Shown here: positions 6,956 through 15,627 of the stretch, one piece after another
Layout: every line of letters begins with the position of its first letter
Numbering within the stretch: the first letter of the stretch is position 1
Source: an uncultured Oscillospiraceae bacterium
GTDB taxonomy: Bacteria; Bacillota; Clostridia; Oscillospirales; Oscillospiraceae
Assembly (NCBI GenBank): GCA_947584295.1
Contig: CANPWM010000002.1
Span: 7,937-71,936 of the forward strand
Direction: 5' to 3'
DNA length: 64,000 bases
Notes under the pieces: generated by a model
The model's database searches: none
What the model was told of the DNA's origin: nothing
What the model saw: only the letters and a program-made list of their open reading frames with translations
Program-made: the position numbers and the translations under genes

Positions 6956-8818
6956 ATGGAGTACAACGCCGGGCGCTGTGACGTGGCCGTTATCGGCGCG
7001 GGTCACGCCGGGATCGAGGCGGCGCTGGCCTCATGCCGGCTGGGGTGCCGGACGGTGATCTTCACCATGAATCTGGACAGCGTGGGCAATATGCCCTGCA
7101 ACCCGGCCATCGGCGGCACGGCCAAGGGGCATCTGGTGCGGGAGCTTTCGTGTCTGGGTGGGCAGATGCCGGTGACGGCGGATCAGGCCTGCATCCAGTA
7201 CCGTATGCTGAACCTGGGCAAAGGCCCCGCCGTCTGGTCCCTGCGGGCCCAGGCGGACAGGCGCGAATACCAGAAGCTCATGAAGGGCGTGCTGGAGCGG
7301 CAGGAGGGCCTGCGGCTCGTCCAGGCGGAGATCGTAGAGATCCGCACGGAAAACGGCGCCGTCAGCGCCGTAGTCACCGCCTCCGGGGCCGTCTGGGCCT
7401 GCCGCGCCGCCGTCGTCTGCACCGGCACCTACCTCCACGGACGCACCGTGGTGGGGGACGTCACCCGGGAGAGCGGCCCCGACGGTATGCACGCCTCCGG
7501 CCCCCTCACCGGCTGTCTGGCGGGCCTGGGCCTCTCCCTCCGGCGGTTCAAGACCGGCACGCCGCCCCGGATCAACGCCAGGAGCGTGGATTTTTCAAAA
7601 ATGGAGCTGCAGCCGGGGGATCCCCGCCCGGAACCCTTCACCTTCGACGGGGAGACCGTGCCGGAAAATAGGGCGGTGTGCTGGCTCACCTACACCAACC
7701 AACGCACCCACCAGATCATCAGGGACAACCTGGCCCGCTCCCCCCTCTACAACGGCGTCATCGACGGCGTGGGGCCCCGCTACTGCCCCTCCATCGAGAC
7801 GAAGATCGTCACCTTCCCGGACAAGCCGCGCCACCAGCTCTTCATCGAACCCATGGGCCTGGGTACGGAGGAGCTGTATATCCAGGGCCTCTCCTCCTCG
7901 CTCCCGGAGGACGTGCAGACGGAGATGGTCCACTCCATTCAGGGCCTTGAACACGCCGAGATCCAGCGGTACGCCTACGCCATCGAGTACGACTGCGTGG
8001 ATCCCACGGAGCTTACCCTGACGCTGGAGGCCCGGCGCGTCCCCGGCCTCTACGGCGCGGGGCAGTTCAACGGCAGCTCCGGCTACGAGGAGGCGGCGGT
8101 GCAGGGCTTCGTGGCCGGGGCCAACGCCGCCCTGAAAATACAGGGCCGGGAGCCGCTGATCCTGGATCGGGCGGGCAGCTACATCGGCACCCTCATCGAC
8201 GACCTGGTGACCCGCGGCACCAACGAACCCTACCGCATGATGACCTCCCGCTCGGAGTACCGCCTGTGTCTGCGGCAGGACAACGCGGATATCCGCCTGT
8301 GCGGCGTCGGCCACGCCCTGGGCCTCATCTCCGATGAGCGGTATCAGCGGGTGCTGGAGAAATATGAAAACGTGGAGCGGGAGACGGCCCGCCTGGAGGC
8401 GGCATACGTCTCCCCCACCCCGGCGCTGAACGATTTCCTGGCCGCCCACGGCCAGCCGCCGGTGTCCACCGGCGTCAGCCTCGCCTCCCTGATCCGGCGG
8501 CCCCAGCTGGACTACGCCTCCACCGCCCCCTTCGACCCCGCCCGCCCCGCCCTGCCGGAGCAGGTGGTACGGGAGGTGGAGATCGGCCTTAAGTACGCCG
8601 GGTACATCGAAAAGCAGACCCGGCAGATCCGGGAATTTCGCCGGCTGGAAGCCAAAAAGCTCCCGCCGGACATCGACTACAACGCCATTCAGGGCCTCCG
8701 GCTGGAGGCACGGCAGAAGCTTGACCGCCTGCGCCCGGACAATCTGGGCCAGGCCACCCGCATCTCCGGCGTGTCCCCCGCCGACGCCGCCGCCCTGATG
8801 GTATACCTCTCCAAATGA
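6956..8818 (+). CDS. mnmG: tRNA uridine 5-carboxymethylaminomethyl modification enzyme MnmG (GidA)
   Basis: FAD motif [16 protein letters not shown], then ...GQINGTxGYEEAA-like [16 protein letters not shown] and C-terminal [19 protein letters not shown] 6956 is preferred over GTG 6947 because the GAGGTG SD is 6 nt upstream. Confidence 0.95.
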   Translation: MEYNAGRCDVAVIGAGHAGIEAALASCRLGCRTVIFTMNLDSVGNMPCNPAIGGTAKGHLVRELSCLGGQMPVTADQACIQYRMLNLGKGPAVWSLRAQADRREYQKLMKGVLERQEGLRLVQAEIVEIRTENGAVSAVVTASGAVWACRAAVVCTGTYLHGRTVVGDVTRESGPDGMHASGPLTGCLAGLGLSLRRFKTGTPPRINARSVDFSKMELQPGDPRPEPFTFDGETVPENRAVCWLTYTNQRTHQIIRDNLARSPLYNGVIDGVGPRYCPSIETKIVTFPDKPRHQLFIEPMGLGTEELYIQGLSSSLPEDVQTEMVHSIQGLEHAEIQRYAYAIEYDCVDPTELTLTLEARRVPGLYGAGQFNGSSGYEEAAVQGFVAGANAALKIQGREPLILDRAGSYIGTLIDDLVTRGTNEPYRMMTSRSEYRLCLRQDNADIRLCGVGHALGLISDERYQRVLEKYENVERETARLEAAYVSPTPALNDFLAAHGQPPVSTGVSLASLIRRPQLDYASTAPFDPARPALPEQVVREVEIGLKYAGYIEKQTRQIREFRRLEAKKLPPDIDYNAIQGLRLEARQKLDRLRPDNLGQATRISGVSPADAAALMVYLSK

Positions 8819-8851
8819 TCTGTGAAAGTATCTGTGAAAGGAGCCTATGTT

Positions 8852-9616
8852 ATGTGGAACAGCTTTAAAACCGACGCCTACGCCGGTCAGATCGCCGAGA
8901 CCGTGGTGATCCCCGGGCGGCGGAACGTCCCTATCCACGCCTACTGGTCCCGGCCCCTGGGGACGGGAGCCGCCCCCTCCCTGGTGCTGATCCCCCATAT
9001 GCCCGGCTGGGACGAGTGGTGCCGGGAGACCGCCCGCCGCTTTACGGAGCACGGCTACGCCGTCCTCAGCCCCAACATCTACGAGGAGGTGGGCCACGGC
9101 ACGCCTTCGGAGGTAGCCAAAAAGTCCATGGAGCAGGGCGGCGTGCCGGACGGCGACGTGATGGACGACGTGGCCGCTTCCCTGCGCTTTCTGAAGGCCC
9201 AGCCCACGTCCAACGGCAAGGCCGGAGTCATCGGCATGTGTTCCGGCGGGCGGCACACCTTCCTGGCGGCCTGCACCGTCCCGGGCATCGACGCGGCGGT
9301 GGACTGCTGGGGCGGCGGCGTTGTCTGTCCCCCCGACAAGCTGACCCCCGCCCGGCCCGTGGCCCCCATCGACTACGCCCAGGCGCTCCAATGCCCGCTG
9401 CTGGGCATCTTCGGCAACGAGGATCGCAGCCCCGCGCCGGAGGAGGTGGATATCCTGGAGGCCCGCCTGCGGGAACTTCACAAGGACTATGAGTTCCACC
9501 GCTACGACGGGGCAGGACACGGCATCTGGTACTACCACACGCCCATGTACCGGCAGGGGCCGGCCATGGACTCCTTCGACAAGGCCCTGGCGTTTTTGGA
9601 CAGGCGCCTCAAATGA
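8852..9616 (+). CDS. dienelactone hydrolase family protein
   Basis: Alpha/beta hydrolase with the nucleophile elbow GVIGMCSGG and a C-terminal ...YDGAGHG motif. The start is at the ATG after the AAAGGAG SD. Confidence 0.75.
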   Translation: MWNSFKTDAYAGQIAETVVIPGRRNVPIHAYWSRPLGTGAAPSLVLIPHMPGWDEWCRETARRFTEHGYAVLSPNIYEEVGHGTPSEVAKKSMEQGGVPDGDVMDDVAASLRFLKAQPTSNGKAGVIGMCSGGRHTFLAACTVPGIDAAVDCWGGGVVCPPDKLTPARPVAPIDYAQALQCPLLGIFGNEDRSPAPEEVDILEARLRELHKDYEFHRYDGAGHGIWYYHTPMYRQGPAMDSFDKALAFLDRRLK

Positions 9617-10794
9617 GCGGGCCGGAAAAGCGCCCCTTCGCCGTGATGGCCAAGCCCGTAGGCTCCCGGTGCAATATGCGCTGCGCCTACTGCTACTATC
9701 TGGGCAAGGGCAAATACTCCGCCCACGCAAGGCAGACCCGCATGAGCTTCGATCTGCTGGAAAAGCTCATTCGTCAGGCGGTGGCCGCCTCCCCTGGCCC
9801 TGTGGTGTCCTTCACCTGGCACGGCGGGGAACCCACCCTGGCGGGGTTGGATTTCTACAAAAAGGCGGTGGAGCTTCAGCGGAAGGCCCTCCCCGCCGGG
9901 TGGACGGCCCTGAACAACCTGCAAACCAACGGCCTTCTGCTCAGCGACGCCTGGTGCGCCTTCTTGAAGGAGAGCCGCTTCGACGTGGGCCTCTCCGTGG
10001 ACGGCTCCCAGGCCGTCCACGACAAAAACCGCCGGGATCTGGGGGGCGCGCCCACCTTTCAGCGGGTGCGGGCCGCCGCCGCGCGGCTGAAGCGTCACGG
10101 TATCGAGCCGGATCTTCTCTGCACCGTCAACGCCGAGAGCCAGGAGCGGCCCTTAGAGGTCTACCGCGCCCTCCGGGCGCTGGGCAGCTCGTGGATACAG
10201 TTTATCCCCATCGTGGCCCGGGGGCCGGACGGGGCCGTAACGCCGGAATCCGTCTCCCCGGAGGGGTACGGCAGGTTCCTTAACGCCTGCTTTGACCAGT
10301 GGGTGGCCCACGACCTGGGCCGGGTGGACGTACAGCTCTTCGCCGAGGCCGCCCGGGTGCTGGCGGGGGGCGAGGCGTCCCTCTGCACCCAGCGGCCTGA
10401 CTGCGGCCGGGTGCCGGTGGTGGAGGAGGACGGGGCGGTGTACGCCTGCGACCACTTCGTAGACCCGGCCCACCGGCTGGGCTTCCTCTCCGCCGCGAGG
10501 CTGGAGAGCCTTGCCAACGGCGACCGGCAGACGGCCTTTGGCGGGGAAAAGGGCCGCCTCACCGCCCAGTGCCGCCGCTGTCCGCACCTTACGCTGTGCA
10601 ACGGCGGCTGTCCCAAGGATCGCTTCGCCCTGTCCGTGGACGGCGAGCCGGGCCAGCACTATCTCTGCCCCGGCATGGCGGCCTTTTTTGACCACGCCGC
10701 GCCCAGCCTCCGGCAGATGGCGGCGCTGAGCCGCCGGGGCCTGGGGCCGGAGGAGATCATGAACGAGATGAAAAAACAGGAGGAAAAGCTATGA
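9613..10794 (+). CDS. anaerobic sulfatase-maturating enzyme-type radical SAM/SPASM protein
   Basis: CxxxCxxC (CNMRCAYCYY), WHGGEPTLAG, LQTNG, and C-terminal SPASM cysteines (CDHF..., CRRCPHLTLCNGGCPKDR). Start overlaps the upstream stop (ATGA). Confidence 0.8.
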   Translation: MSGPEKRPFAVMAKPVGSRCNMRCAYCYYLGKGKYSAHARQTRMSFDLLEKLIRQAVAASPGPVVSFTWHGGEPTLAGLDFYKKAVELQRKALPAGWTALNNLQTNGLLLSDAWCAFLKESRFDVGLSVDGSQAVHDKNRRDLGGAPTFQRVRAAAARLKRHGIEPDLLCTVNAESQERPLEVYRALRALGSSWIQFIPIVARGPDGAVTPESVSPEGYGRFLNACFDQWVAHDLGRVDVQLFAEAARVLAGGEASLCTQRPDCGRVPVVEEDGAVYACDHFVDPAHRLGFLSAARLESLANGDRQTAFGGEKGRLTAQCRRCPHLTLCNGGCPKDRFALSVDGEPGQHYLCPGMAAFFDHAAPSLRQMAALSRRGLGPEEIMNEMKKQEEKL

Positions 10795-11525
10795 TAAAGA
10801 CCGTCGTCCTTGCCGCCGGTAAGGGGACAAGGCTGGCCCAGGAGGGCATCGACCAGCCCAAGGCCATGCGTCTGGCCCTGGGAAAGCCCCTGTTGGGGTG
10901 GGTGTTGGACGCCCTGCCCACGGGGAAAAGCGACACCGTGCTGGTGGTGGGCTACAAGAAGGAGTACATTCTGGAGGCCTTCCCGGAGTACCCCCACGCC
11001 GAGCAGACCCAGCAGCTTGGCACCGGCCACGCCGTGATGTGCGCCGTTCCGGCCCTGGGAGATTACCGGGGGGACGTGCTTATCTGCTGCGGGGATATGC
11101 CCCTGGTGCGGCCCGAGACTTACAGGGCCTTGGTGGAGGAACACCAAAAAAGCGGCGCCGTCTGCACGGTGCTGTCCGGCGTCTCCGAGGAGCCGCTGCC
11201 CTTCGGGCGGGTGATCCGGGACGAAAACGGCGATTTTGACCGCATCGTGGAGGACCGGGACTGCACCCCGGCGGAAAAGGCCTGCCGGGAGCTGAACTCC
11301 GGGATCCTGGCGGTGGACTTTCGGAAGATGGTCTCCGCCCTTTCGGAGCTGCGCACCGACAACGCCCAGGGGGAGTATTACCTCACCGACCTGCCCCGGA
11401 TCCTCAAGGAGCGCGGGGAGAAGGTGGCCGTCTGCGCCCGGAACATGGGCGAGGAGCTGATCGGCGTGAATACCCCCGCCCAGCTTGCCCAGGTGGAGGG
11501 CCTTTTAAGGGCGCGCTCGCGCTGA
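10791..11525 (+). CDS. sugar-phosphate nucleotidyltransferase (GlmU N-terminal-like, no acetyltransferase domain)
   Basis: VVLAAGKGTRL P-loop-like signature, QLGTGHAV, CGDMPL, EYYLTD. Start overlaps the upstream stop. Confidence 0.75.
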   Translation: MIKTVVLAAGKGTRLAQEGIDQPKAMRLALGKPLLGWVLDALPTGKSDTVLVVGYKKEYILEAFPEYPHAEQTQQLGTGHAVMCAVPALGDYRGDVLICCGDMPLVRPETYRALVEEHQKSGAVCTVLSGVSEEPLPFGRVIRDENGDFDRIVEDRDCTPAEKACRELNSGILAVDFRKMVSALSELRTDNAQGEYYLTDLPRILKERGEKVAVCARNMGEELIGVNTPAQLAQVEGLLRARSR

Positions 11526-11564
11526 GCCGGCTCGTCGCCCGCCCTTTTCCCTTTCGGTATACGC

Positions 11565-11593
11565 ATTATACCATAAGCTATTTTTATTGTCAA
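11565..11593 (-). promoter_or_regulatory. near-consensus sigma-A promoter (copy D), antisense to the nucleotidyltransferase gene
   Basis: Minus strand reads AAAAAATAATTATTTTTTTGAAAAAAGTA-CTTGACA-17 bp-TGGTATAAT. The predicted TSS is about 33 nt beyond the stop codon at 11525, pointing into the gene. Confidence 0.6.
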
Positions 11594-11652
11594 GTACTTT
11601 TTTCAAAAAAATAATTATTTTTTAGCTTTATTTATTTTGCCCCATTTTTTAC

Positions 11653-11681
11653 TTGACAAGGCGGGGGCAGTCTGCTATAAT
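11653..11681 (+). promoter_or_regulatory. consensus sigma-A promoter of the TPP riboswitch-thiT unit
   Basis: TTGACA (11653-11658), 17 bp, TGC-TATAAT (11676-11681), AT-rich UP region. Confidence 0.8.
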
Positions 11682-11687
11682 CTCATC

Positions 11688-11838
<151 letters not shown>

Positions 11839-11852
11839 GGAGGTACAGAAAA

Positions 11853-12425
11853 ATGAACAACAAGCGTGTAAAAATGCTGGTGGAGGGCGCGATCATGGTG
11901 GCTCTGGCGGTGCTGCTGGACTACCTGGCGTTTTATCATCTGCCTGACGGCGGCTCTATCACCCTGAAGCTCCTGCCCATCGTGTTCTTCGCCGTGCGCT
12001 ACGGCTGCGGCTGGGGCGCTCTGGCGGGCTTTGTCTTTGGGGCCCTCAACTACATAAGCGGAAACGGCGTGTCCATCGACTGGACCACCATCATCTGCGA
12101 CTACTTCCTGGCCTTCACCCTTCTGGGCTTCGGCGCGGGCCTTTTCAAAAAGGTCAAGCTGGGCGGCGTCTGGGGCTCCCTGGTGGGCGGCCTTCTGATG
12201 TTCGCCTCCAGCTATCTGGTGGGCGTGTTCGTCTGGGCGCGGAACCTGTCGGCGGCGGACCCCTGGGACTTCCTGGGCATCACCTTCACCAACCCCTGGT
12301 TCTACTCCTTCATCTACAACATCACCTGGGCCGGCCCCTGCATCGTCCTGGCCGCCGTGGTGTTCGTCCTGTTCTATCAGATCAAGCCCGTGGCCAAGTA
12401 TCTGAATGGCACAGATTTAAAATAA
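11853..12425 (+). CDS. thiT: thiamine transporter ThiT (ECF S component)
   Basis: 190-aa multi-TM protein immediately downstream of the TPP riboswitch. GGAGG SD 8 nt upstream of ATG 11853; the longer ORF from 11790 would run through the riboswitch terminator. Confidence 0.85.
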   Translation: MNNKRVKMLVEGAIMVALAVLLDYLAFYHLPDGGSITLKLLPIVFFAVRYGCGWGALAGFVFGALNYISGNGVSIDWTTIICDYFLAFTLLGFGAGLFKKVKLGGVWGSLVGGLLMFASSYLVGVFVWARNLSAADPWDFLGITFTNPWFYSFIYNITWAGPCIVLAAVVFVLFYQIKPVAKYLNGTDLK

Positions 12426-12454
12426 GACCGTTCCTGTTCTTTTCTTCCCTTGTC

Positions 12455-12496
12455 AACCGGGTCGGCTCCGATATGGAGCCGACCCGGTTTATTTTC
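12455..12496 (+). terminator. intrinsic terminator of thiT
   Basis: AACCGGGTCGGCTCC-gatat-GGAGCCGACCCGGTT followed by TATTTTC. Confidence 0.85.
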
Positions 12497-12625
12497 TAAA
12501 GAGTTTTGCAACGTCTCAACAAACGGGAATTTGTTGTTGATACCATTCATTGTGTTATTAACTTGACTATATAAGAAAAGACCAATATAATGGAATCACC
12601 AAGCGTTTTGAAAAGAAGGCCGGCT

Positions 12626-13408
12626 ATGATTCGCACCTATGAGACCGATCACTATGTATTCCATTATCTAAAGGACAGTTTGGCGGAGCGTGACATTCCG
12701 CAAATCGCGGAGGGTCAGGAGCGATGCTTTGACAGGATATGTGAGCTACTCAATATTGCGTATTCCAAAAAAATTGGATATTGGTTCTACAATTCGCCGC
12801 AGCTTCTTGGAAACGCCTTCTTTGACGGGGCTTTGTGCAACGGCGTATCCATTACGGACGCGCATGATGACGACATCGGCAAAGTCGTCTCGTTAAGCGG
12901 AGAAAAAGAGGACAGCTTTGTGGTAGAACCTTACTCGATCCATGCCGTCTATGGGGAGAGAATCAAATGCATCGGGCCGCATGAGGATACCCACCTTATA
13001 GCGGCGCAGCTTTTTGAGCCATCTTCCGCCTTTTTGTGCGAGGGGCTTGCGATGATGATAGATGGAAGCTGGTGGGGGATCAAGAACAAGCTTTGGGCCA
13101 GATATTACAAAGAAACAGGGGAATTTGTTCCGATCCCTGAGCTCATAAATTGCTCCGAGGAGGAGTTTTATGGGCTGGAGGGCAGGATAACATATCCCGT
13201 CGCGGGCGCGTGGACAGAATATATGTTTCTAACCTTCGGCAAGGAAAAATATATGCGGTTCTATTGCGGCAATGGAACATCGCAAATGGCGACGGCTATC
13301 TTCGGAAAATCCCTGCCGCAAATCTGTCGGGAGTTTGAGGCGTGGTTATCTGAGCTTCCTTTTTCAGAGGAACAGCGCCGGAAAATCGAGAAAAGAATAG
13401 GCAAATAG
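12626..13408 (+). CDS. hypothetical zinc metallopeptidase-like protein (HExxH...E, Peptidase_MA-like)
   Basis: HEDTH at the centre with EGLA 19 residues downstream (gluzincin pattern). Lies in a visibly AT-richer island. Start chosen at the Met with an AAGAAGG SD; the alternative is 12590. Confidence 0.55.
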   Translation: MIRTYETDHYVFHYLKDSLAERDIPQIAEGQERCFDRICELLNIAYSKKIGYWFYNSPQLLGNAFFDGALCNGVSITDAHDDDIGKVVSLSGEKEDSFVVEPYSIHAVYGERIKCIGPHEDTHLIAAQLFEPSSAFLCEGLAMMIDGSWWGIKNKLWARYYKETGEFVPIPELINCSEEEFYGLEGRITYPVAGAWTEYMFLTFGKEKYMRFYCGNGTSQMATAIFGKSLPQICREFEAWLSELPFSEEQRRKIEKRIGK

Positions 13409-13548
13409 AAAACGCTCCGGCAATCGGAGCGTGAGACTGTCGAAAAAGGCCGCTGGCCTTTTCCGACAAAGGGGAACGTGCGGGATTTTTTCCGACGTAC
13501 ATGCCGCCGGAAAAAACGTCAAATTTGAGTTTCTTGACAAGCTGAACT

Positions 13549-13582
13549 GTGCCGGGTTCACAATGGACCCGGCACGGTTTTC
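13549..13582 (+). terminator. intrinsic terminator
   Basis: GTGCCGGGT-tcacaatgg-ACCCGGCAC followed by GGTTTTC. Confidence 0.6.
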
Positions 13583-13607
13583 TATGCCTGTTCTATTCTG
13601 AAATGTC

Positions 13608-14054
13608 TCACTGGCCCCAGAGGGAACGGCCCAGGCGGCGGTAGAGCCTGGAGAACACAGCCTCCAGGAAGGCCCTGGGGGTGGGGCGGCCGCCGGGGAA
13701 GGCCCTGCGGAGGGCGTCGGGCGGGCAATTTTTCATCATGGAGGCGATGACCGCCTCCACCCGCTCCCCTACCTGGGCCTCCGTCAAGCCCAGACGCCGG
13801 GCGACCACGGGGTAGGCCCGCTCCGGGTCAAGGCCGGAAAGCTCCGGGCGGGAGGCCATAGCCACCATGGCCTCCGTGACGCACCGGCGGCCCGGCAGAT
13901 AGTCCGCCACCCCCAGCTCCCGCAGGGCGGCGCGGGTCTCCCGGGGGATCTCCGGGCTTGGCGTTGTGGGGACGGCGGACACCAGCGCCCGGGCCATCTG
14001 CTCGTCGTCCGGCTCCACGGGCGTTATCCGCCAATCCCGTTTCTCCTCCGTCAT
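13608..14054 (-). CDS. hypothetical protein, Spo0A C-terminal (Spo0A_C)-like DNA-binding domain
   Basis: 148 aa. ALRELGV...YL..A......P........YP.VA...G.T...VER.I layout resembles the Spo0A effector domain without a receiver domain. ATG overlaps the MATE stop (ATGA). Confidence 0.4.
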   Translation of the reverse strand: MTEEKRDWRITPVEPDDEQMARALVSAVPTTPSPEIPRETRAALRELGVADYLPGRRCVTEAMVAMASRPELSGLDPERAYPVVARRLGLTEAQVGERVEAVIASMMKNCPPDALRRAFPGGRPTPRAFLEAVFSRLYRRLGRSLWGQ

Positions 14055-15466
14055 GGGCGCGCCCCCCTTCTCCTCTCCCGGAAGGCCGGCAGGGCCGCCG
14101 CCCCCAGGGTGGTGACGGGGCGGATCCACCTGCCGGAGTAGAGGTGGATCTGCATCAGCACATAGCGGGCAGGCTCGTCGCAGTAGCAAAAGAGGAACAC
14201 CGCCCAATAGGGCAGGCGGAACACGAAGCCCGACAGCAGCACGGCGGGTACCACCAGGATATACATGGCGGCGATCTCCAGCACCGTGCCGGTGACGGCG
14301 TCGCCGGAGGCCCGGTAGGTGTCGTTCATGATCCAGTTGCCCATGCGGATCAGGGCCACGAACACATAGATGGTGAGGAACCTGGCGCCGGCCTCATAGG
14401 ACGCGCCGGACAGGCCCATGGCGGTGAGGATAGGCCGCCGCAGGCCCAGGATCCCCAGCCCCACGGCGAAGAGGATCCCGCTGCACAAATACACCAGCCG
14501 CTTGGCCCGCTGGTAGGCCGTCTCCAGCTCCCCGGCCCCCACGCATTTGCCCACCAACACCGACGCCGCCGAGGAGAACCCGGCGAAAAAGCCCAAAATC
14601 AGGCCCTCCAGGGTGCGGAACACCGCCAGGCCGTTGATGACGGCCTCCGGCTGGCGGCCCAGGGTGACGTTGATGACCATGTTGCCCACGCCCAAAAACA
14701 GCTCGTTGGCGATGATGGGAAAGCACTTCACGAAAAAGTTCCTGGCGTGGCCCCGGGTCCAGCGGAAATGGGCGCGGATATGGAAAAGGTAGGGGTAGCC
14801 CTTCAGCTTGGCCATACCGTAGATGGCCGCCACATTCACCGCCGCCGCGACGGCGGTGGCCAGGGCCGCGCCCCGGATCCCCATGGCCGGCGCGCCCAAA
14901 TGGCCGAAGATGAACACCCAGTTCAAAAAGATATTGGCGGCCACGGAGGCCACCGAGGCGATCATGGGGATCCGCACCCGTTCCGTGGCCCGCAGCAGGG
15001 CGCTCATGGCCATGGAGCAGACCTGCAGGGGGTAGGCGAAGCCCACCAGGGCCAGATAGCGCGTGCCGATGGCCTGAATGGCGGTCTTGTCCGTATACAG
15101 CCCCATCACAAAGCCCGGGGCCAGGACGGCCAGGGCGCAGAAGATCAGGGAAACGGCCATCATGCACACCCAGGTCATGCCGTAGCTGCGGTCGATGCCG
15201 TCGTCCTCCCTGGCGCCCCAGTACTGGGCGAAAAACAGCATACCGCCGCCCACAAAGCCCCAGTAGCAGGAGAACATCAGGGAGGAAAACTGGGCGCACA
15301 GGCCCAGCGCCCCTACGGAGTTCTCCCCCAGGGGCGCCACCATCATGGTGTCCACCATGGACGCGGTGGTGGTCAGCAGATTCTGCACCGCCACGGGAAG
15401 GCCCACCGCCGCCAGGGATCGGAGAAACTCCCGCCAGGGAAAGGCCGGTTTTTTGAGAAGCGTCAT
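14051..15466 (-). CDS. MATE family efflux transporter
   Basis: 471 aa, 12 TM, N-terminal LLKKPAFPWREFLRSLAAVGLPVAVQNLLTT typical of MatE. Confidence 0.9.
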   Translation of the reverse strand: MTLLKKPAFPWREFLRSLAAVGLPVAVQNLLTTTASMVDTMMVAPLGENSVGALGLCAQFSSLMFSCYWGFVGGGMLFFAQYWGAREDDGIDRSYGMTWVCMMAVSLIFCALAVLAPGFVMGLYTDKTAIQAIGTRYLALVGFAYPLQVCSMAMSALLRATERVRIPMIASVASVAANIFLNWVFIFGHLGAPAMGIRGAALATAVAAAVNVAAIYGMAKLKGYPYLFHIRAHFRWTRGHARNFFVKCFPIIANELFLGVGNMVINVTLGRQPEAVINGLAVFRTLEGLILGFFAGFSSAASVLVGKCVGAGELETAYQRAKRLVYLCSGILFAVGLGILGLRRPILTAMGLSGASYEAGARFLTIYVFVALIRMGNWIMNDTYRASGDAVTGTVLEIAAMYILVVPAVLLSGFVFRLPYWAVFLFCYCDEPARYVLMQIHLYSGRWIRPVTTLGAAALPAFRERRRGARP

Positions 15467-15562
15467 AAAAGCTCCCTTTTCGCAAAAAATGAAAAGATGA
15501 GTTGATTATAGCCCCATCGCCGGGGAAAATCAACAGGGGCAAGCCCTGTTTGTCAAAACGGT

Positions 15563-15592
15563 CAAAAACAGGGCCTCCCGTGGGAGGCCCTG
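15563..15592 (-). terminator. intrinsic terminator of gpmI
   Basis: Minus strand CAGGGCCTCCC-acg-GGAGGCCCTG followed by TTTTTGAC. Confidence 0.8.
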
Positions 15593-15627
15593 CCAGTTTG
15601 TTAAAGATTGGCGCTCACGGCGCTGGC

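Noticed and set aside
13520-13560. A fifth strong promoter at CTTGACAAGCTGAAC...
   Set aside because: A good -35 (CTTGACA) is present, but no acceptable -10 lies at 16-18 bp. The downstream sequence is instead the stem of the terminator hairpin at 13549-13582.
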